Notes under the pieces: generated by a model
What the model was told of the DNA's origin: nothing
The model's database searches: none
The model's input: the letters and a program-made list of their open reading frames with translations, nothing else
Shown: piece by piece, positions 8,670-12,104 of the stretch
Numbering within the stretch: position 1 is the first letter of the stretch
How the letters are laid out: each line of letters starts with the position of its first letter
Made by a program: the position numbers and the translations under genes
Source: a virus
Lineage: Duplodnaviria; Heunggongvirae; Uroviricota; Caudoviricetes
IMG/VR virus record: IMGVR_UViG_2778261064_000004
Location: 1 to 12,104 of that record
Strand: one strand, 5' to 3'
Length of the DNA: 12,104 nt

Positions 8670-9322
8670 TGTGGGACAAGGTTAATCAGCGCATACAGCA
8701 GGCACTGGCCGCCGTTCGCCAGGCATTCAGGGTGGTGACCGGTACGGTGGACAGTTCGACCAAAGTACAGTTGCTTCAGCTGAACGGGCTGGCAGGCGAA
8801 CAGCTGGACGGTGCGGAGTATTTTCAACATTACGGCCTCACCACATCCCCGCCGCCCGGCTCGATGGGTATTGCCGTTCCGCTGAATGGTAATACCTCCC
8901 ATACCGTCGTCGTGGCCACAGAGCACGGCGCATATCGCCTGACGGAATTGAAACCCGGGGAAGTGGCCCTGTATACCGACGAAGGCGCGAAAATTGTGCT
9001 GAAGCGCGGACGTGTGATTGAAACGGAGTGTGATATTTACCGGGTGAAATGTAATTCGTTTGAAGTTGAAGCAAAGGACAGCGCTGGTTTTATTACTCCC
9101 CAACTTACCGCAAGTGAGCAATTAATTGCTGAAGGGAAAATATCCGGTAATGGGGGTATGGCCATTAAAGGCGGCAAAGGAAAATATACTGCCACCTTTG
9201 AAGGCAATATCAACCACACAAGCGGTGTGATTACCTCCGTTGACGTCACCATTAATGGCGTTAAAATCGGAACGCACAAACACCCGACCCCACACGGCAT
9301 GTCTGACACGCCGGTTAATTAA
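8666..9322 (+). CDS. Baseplate central spike protein (Mu gp45-like / gpV-like)
   Basis: 218-aa ORF; ATGATG overlap with the hub stop, so the start is 8666 or, more likely given GGAG spacing, 8669. C-terminus contains HKHPTPHG, resembling the His-rich apex motif of gpV-type spikes. Confidence 0.65.
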   Translation: MMWDKVNQRIQQALAAVRQAFRVVTGTVDSSTKVQLLQLNGLAGEQLDGAEYFQHYGLTTSPPPGSMGIAVPLNGNTSHTVVVATEHGAYRLTELKPGEVALYTDEGAKIVLKRGRVIETECDIYRVKCNSFEVEAKDSAGFITPQLTASEQLIAEGKISGNGGMAIKGGKGKYTATFEGNINHTSGVITSVDVTINGVKIGTHKHPTPHGMSDTPVN

Positions 9323-9354
9323 GTGCTGAACACCCTCACCTGATTCTGACCTGT

Positions 9355-9379
9355 CCATGCTGCCAGACTGGCGGCATGG
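9355..9379 (+). promoter_or_regulatory. Inverted repeat/hairpin that base-pairs across the AUG of the downstream gp46-like gene
   Basis: ccatgctgccag (9355-9366) and ctggcggcatgg (9368-9379) are complementary except for one G·U position. The start codon at 9376-9378 lies inside the right arm. No Shine-Dalgarno motif precedes this start. Confidence 0.4.
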
Positions 9380-9726
9380 ACCAGACGATTTCACCTGCAA
9401 CCGGCGACTACGAACGCCGCCGGATTTATACACTCCATAACGCGGTTTATCTGCGACTGGCGACACCGCTTGGCAGTTACTGGGCGGATGCGTCGCTGGG
9501 GTCACGCCTGCACGAACTGAAGCGGGAAAAAGACGTTTCCCGTGTTCACAGGCTGGCGGCGCAGTATGCCAGCCAGGCACTTCAGCCCCTGCTTGATGAC
9601 GGGCGGGCAAAATCCATTACCGTTGACACGAAAGCGGGCCAGCGAGGCTGGCTGTTGCTGTTAATCACCGTCACGGATAACGCGGGCACACCGCAGACGT
9701 TTGAACACCCTGTGAGGATTATGTAA
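9376..9726 (+). CDS. Small baseplate protein (Mu gp46-like; gp25/GpW-type wedge subunit by position and size)
   Basis: 116-aa ORF, the only start in an open frame bounded upstream by TAA 9316-9318. Lies between the spike and Baseplate_J-like genes. Assignment rests on synteny and size, not on a recognised motif. Confidence 0.6.
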   Translation: MDQTISPATGDYERRRIYTLHNAVYLRLATPLGSYWADASLGSRLHELKREKDVSRVHRLAAQYASQALQPLLDDGRAKSITVDTKAGQRGWLLLLITVTDNAGTPQTFEHPVRIM

Positions 9727-10805
9727 TGCCGTTTCCTGTTCCGGGCGTTGCTGAAAACACAGAACGCCAGCTACGTGATATCGCTAACGCCCTGCCGGGA
9801 GAAACCATCGACACCGGCGCTGACAGCGATTACCGCATTCGTGCAAATGCCGTATCCGGCGTGGCGGACGGACTTTATATGCATCAGGGATGGATCCTCC
9901 GTCAGGTGTTTCCTGACACGGCAGACCCTGAATATCTGGAGCTGCACTGCCGTACGCGCAATGTTTTTCGTAAAAAAGCAACGGCCTCATCCGGTCCGGT
10001 AGTGATTACCGGCACACCCGGTAAGACGCTGCCAGCCGGTGCGGAAATTCGTGGTGAAGGTGTCAGCGTGGCCACCACAGCAGACTGCACCATCGGTGAT
10101 GAAGGCAGCGCAGAGGTGACGGTAAAAAGCACCGCCACGGGTGTACAGACGAACGCATCCGCAACGCAGACGGCAACGCTGGTCAGCCCGCCGGAAGGCA
10201 TCAACAGCACGGTGACGATTAAATCCCTGACCGGTGGAACGGACAGGGAAAGTGACACCGACCTGCTGGCGCGTTATCTGGATATCCTGCGCAGGCCGCC
10301 CGCTGGCGGTAACAAATATGATTACAAACGCTGGGCGCTGGAAGTGGATGGCGTTACCTCAGCATATGTGGAGCCGTTACGTCGTGGGTTGGGGACGGTT
10401 GATGTGGCCATTACGTCAGCCAATGACCTCCCTTCGCAGGAACTGATTAATGCCGTGCTGGCACATATTGAGGAAGTCCGCCCGGTCACAGCGAAGGACA
10501 CAATGGTACTGGCCCCGACGAAAAAAGCCGTTGATTTCGTTGTTCGGGTAAAAACCAGCGGCCTGACCGTTGAGCAGATAAAACCGCAGATAACTGACGT
10601 TATCACGGATTTTATGAACCGGCTGGAGCCGGGGCAGGAATTAATAATTTCACAACTGGAAACCCAGATTTCATTAATTTCCGGTGTCAGTGACCGGCGA
10701 ATCATTACGCCAGCAGACAACGTAAAAGCCATTATTAACGCGTCAACGTGGGAATGGCTGCGCCCGGGAAATATTGATATTCAGTCTTTTCCACGTGAGG
10801 GGTGA
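9726..10805 (+). CDS. Baseplate J-like protein (Mu gp47-like; P2 gpJ / T4 gp6 family)
   Basis: 359-aa ORF. GAGGA Shine-Dalgarno; TAATG overlap with the upstream stop. Contains …PPAGGNKYDYKRWALEVDGV…, which matches the Baseplate_J family core as I recall it. Confidence 0.85.
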   Translation: MPFPVPGVAENTERQLRDIANALPGETIDTGADSDYRIRANAVSGVADGLYMHQGWILRQVFPDTADPEYLELHCRTRNVFRKKATASSGPVVITGTPGKTLPAGAEIRGEGVSVATTADCTIGDEGSAEVTVKSTATGVQTNASATQTATLVSPPEGINSTVTIKSLTGGTDRESDTDLLARYLDILRRPPAGGNKYDYKRWALEVDGVTSAYVEPLRRGLGTVDVAITSANDLPSQELINAVLAHIEEVRPVTAKDTMVLAPTKKAVDFVVRVKTSGLTVEQIKPQITDVITDFMNRLEPGQELIISQLETQISLISGVSDRRIITPADNVKAIINASTWEWLRPGNIDIQSFPREG

Positions 10806-10809
10806 TTTT

Positions 10810-11382
10810 ATGAATATGGTCGATTTATTTCGCGCCATGCTGCCACCTGTCAGTTATGACCTGAACGGGAAATATATTTCCGCAGAACTGACAGCCGAGG
10901 CTGACGTCATGGAGGCCGTGAAGGCCTCAGCGGCGCGCGTTCTGGCACAAATCACCCCGTTGCAGGCATCGATGACGCTGTCCGACTGGGAGCGCGTGTA
11001 CAGTGTTGTCCCCCGTGAAGAGGCAACACAACAGGAGCGGCGGCAGAACATTCTGGTAAAAATGGCAGCCACTGGCGGACTGTCAATCCCTTACTTTAAG
11101 AGCCTTGCCGCCAGTCTGGGCTATACCATCACCATTACGGAGCCGCGACCGTTCCGGGTGGGGATAAACCGCTGCGGCGACCGTCTGCTGATACCGGAAA
11201 TCCGCTGGGCGTGGCAGGTCAACGTTATCGGGACAAAAACACCGGTCTACCGGTTCAGAACGGGCGCATCGGCAACCGGCGAACCTCTGACGGCCTTTGG
11301 TGAATCCATTTTAGAAAACACGTTTAAAGACCTTAAACCGGCTTTTACAGACTGTTATTTTACGTATGAGGTGGAGGAATAA
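10810..11382 (+). CDS. Tail/baseplate protein (Mu gp48-like; DUF2313 / P2 gpI-like)
   Basis: Chosen start ATG 10810 (MNMVDLFRAMLPP…): GAGG at 10797-10800 lies 9 nt upstream and it is 5 nt past the upstream stop. The ORF-track start at 10774 would overlap the J-like gene by 32 nt and lacks a Shine-Dalgarno. N-terminal LFRAMLPP…Y is typical of DUF2313. Confidence 0.8.
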   Translation: MNMVDLFRAMLPPVSYDLNGKYISAELTAEADVMEAVKASAARVLAQITPLQASMTLSDWERVYSVVPREEATQQERRQNILVKMAATGGLSIPYFKSLAASLGYTITITEPRPFRVGINRCGDRLLIPEIRWAWQVNVIGTKTPVYRFRTGASATGEPLTAFGESILENTFKDLKPAFTDCYFTYEVEE

Positions 11383-12104
11383 TGCAGAATTTAATGCCCC
11401 CGGTGAATACGCCGGATAAGTTATTTCATGATGGTGACCCGACTCAGGGAATTGAGGGAACCATCGTTACTGCTGAATTTATGAATAATCATCAGGCAGC
11501 AACGCGTGATTTGCAGCAGGAGGTGATTAACGTCCTTAAAGAGGCTGGCGTCACCCCTGACCCGGAAAAACAAAACCAGCTGGTTGAGGCGCTGACCTCG
11601 TTTATTGGTCAGAAAGTCCCGGATGCATCGCTGACGCAAAAAGGCGTGGTGCAGCTTAACAGTGCTGTTAATAGTGAATCAGAAACAGAAGCTGCCACAC
11701 CAAAAGCGGTCAAAATTGCGATAGATAACGCAAACGCCAGACTGGCAAAAGACCGTAACGGCGCAGACATCCCGAATAAACAGTTGTTTCTGGATAACAT
11801 CAGCGGTGTGCCAAAAGCACGCAAGGTCAACGGTATGGCCCTGACTTCGGATATCACCATCAGCAGCATCAGCGGCAACGCCGGAACAGCAACCCGCCTT
11901 CAGAACGCCCGCAGAATCAACAATGTGCTGTTTGATGGCTCCAGCGATATCACAATCACCAGTGCCGATTCTGGTGCTGTGCGTAATTTCCAGTATACCA
12001 ACGAGGTGTTTCATAATCCCGGCGGTGCTGAAATTACATGGACATTCCGGGCACCTTCCGGCTGTCAGTTGTCAGGCATTTATGTCCAGGAAACGGGAGA
12101 TAAT
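11382..12104 (+). CDS. Tail fibre protein, 3'-partial (Mu S-like; P2 gpH / lambda Stf-type N-terminal region)
   Basis: Frame is open from ATG 11382 (GGAGG Shine-Dalgarno; TAATG overlap) to the window edge. Contains DASLTQKGVVQLNSAVNSESETEAATPKAVKIAIDNAN, closely resembling the conserved P2 gpH segment DASLTAKGFTQLSSATNSTSETLAATPKAVK. Absent from the ORF track only because no stop is reached. Confidence 0.8.
   Translation, partial: MQNLMPPVNTPDKLFHDGDPTQGIEGTIVTAEFMNNHQAATRDLQQEVINVLKEAGVTPDPEKQNQLVEALTSFIGQKVPDASLTQKGVVQLNSAVNSESETEAATPKAVKIAIDNANARLAKDRNGADIPNKQLFLDNISGVPKARKVNGMALTSDITISSISGNAGTATRLQNARRINNVLFDGSSDITITSADSGAVRNFQYTNEVFHNPGGAEITWTFRAPSGCQLSGIYVQETGDN

Larger units (their letters stand above)
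1..12104 (+). mobile_element. Mu-like prophage late region: end of head/connector module plus complete contractile tail and baseplate module (window is internal to the element; no ends visible)
   Basis: Fourteen co-directional, overlapping ORFs whose order and sizes match the Mu J-K-gp38-L-M-gp41-Y-N-P-Q-V-W-R-S arrangement; sheath, tube, tape measure, Baseplate_J-like and gpH-like fibre motifs recognisable by eye. No host housekeeping genes present. Confidence 0.85.

Noticed and set aside
7944-9610. Series of minus-strand ORFs (7944-8615, 8612-9121, 9122-9610) antisense to the hub, spike and gp46-like genes
   Set aside because: All overlap confidently called + strand structural genes, and their translations are Arg/Pro/Gly-rich, typical of antisense frames in high-GC coding DNA. 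No independent start signals.
11584-11595. Perfect 12-bp palindrome AACCAGCTGGTT inside the tail-fibre gene, with an A-tract on one side, superficially like half of a Gin/Hin-type inversion crossover site
   Set aside because: Only one flank has the AAAACC-like arm, so there is no 26-bp dyad. It lies at about codon 68, inside the conserved N-terminal region rather than at a constant/variable boundary, and simply encodes N-Q-L-V. Most likely coincidental.
1-12104. Scan for CRISPR arrays, tRNA/tmRNA genes, integrase/transposase genes or attachment sites
   Set aside because: No regularly spaced direct repeats, no tRNA-like cloverleaf candidates in the tiny intergenic gaps, and no ORF resembling a recombinase. 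The window is internal to the prophage structural region.

Overview
The whole window is one tightly packed, single-strand (+) operon that reads as the late structural region of a Mu-like (Myoviridae-type) prophage: the tail end of the head/connector module followed by a complete contractile-tail and baseplate module, ending in a 3'-truncated tail-fibre gene. Gene order and sizes match the Mu J-K-gp38-L-M-gp41-Y-N-P-Q-V-W-R-S arrangement. Family names (DUF1320, DUF1834, DUF2635, DUF2313, Baseplate_J, GpD-like hub, P2 gpH-like fibre motif) are recalled by eye from the translations; no search was run. Shine-Dalgarno motifs and overlapping stop/start junctions (ATGA, TAATG, TGATG) support most starts. 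I found no tRNA, rRNA, CRISPR array, integrase, transposase or cargo/defence gene, and the only sizeable non-coding gap is filled by a -1 frame ORF. I therefore see no evidence of a novel system here; it is a conventional phage tail module. The points worth a second look are: (1) a -1 frame ORF bridging the chaperone and tape-measure genes with no canonical slippery heptamer; (2) a probable non-AUG start for the gp37-like gene; (3) a hairpin burying the AUG of the gp46-like gene; (4) AT-rich patches in the spike C-terminus and tape measure; (5) a peptide tandem repeat kept identical through six synonymous changes.
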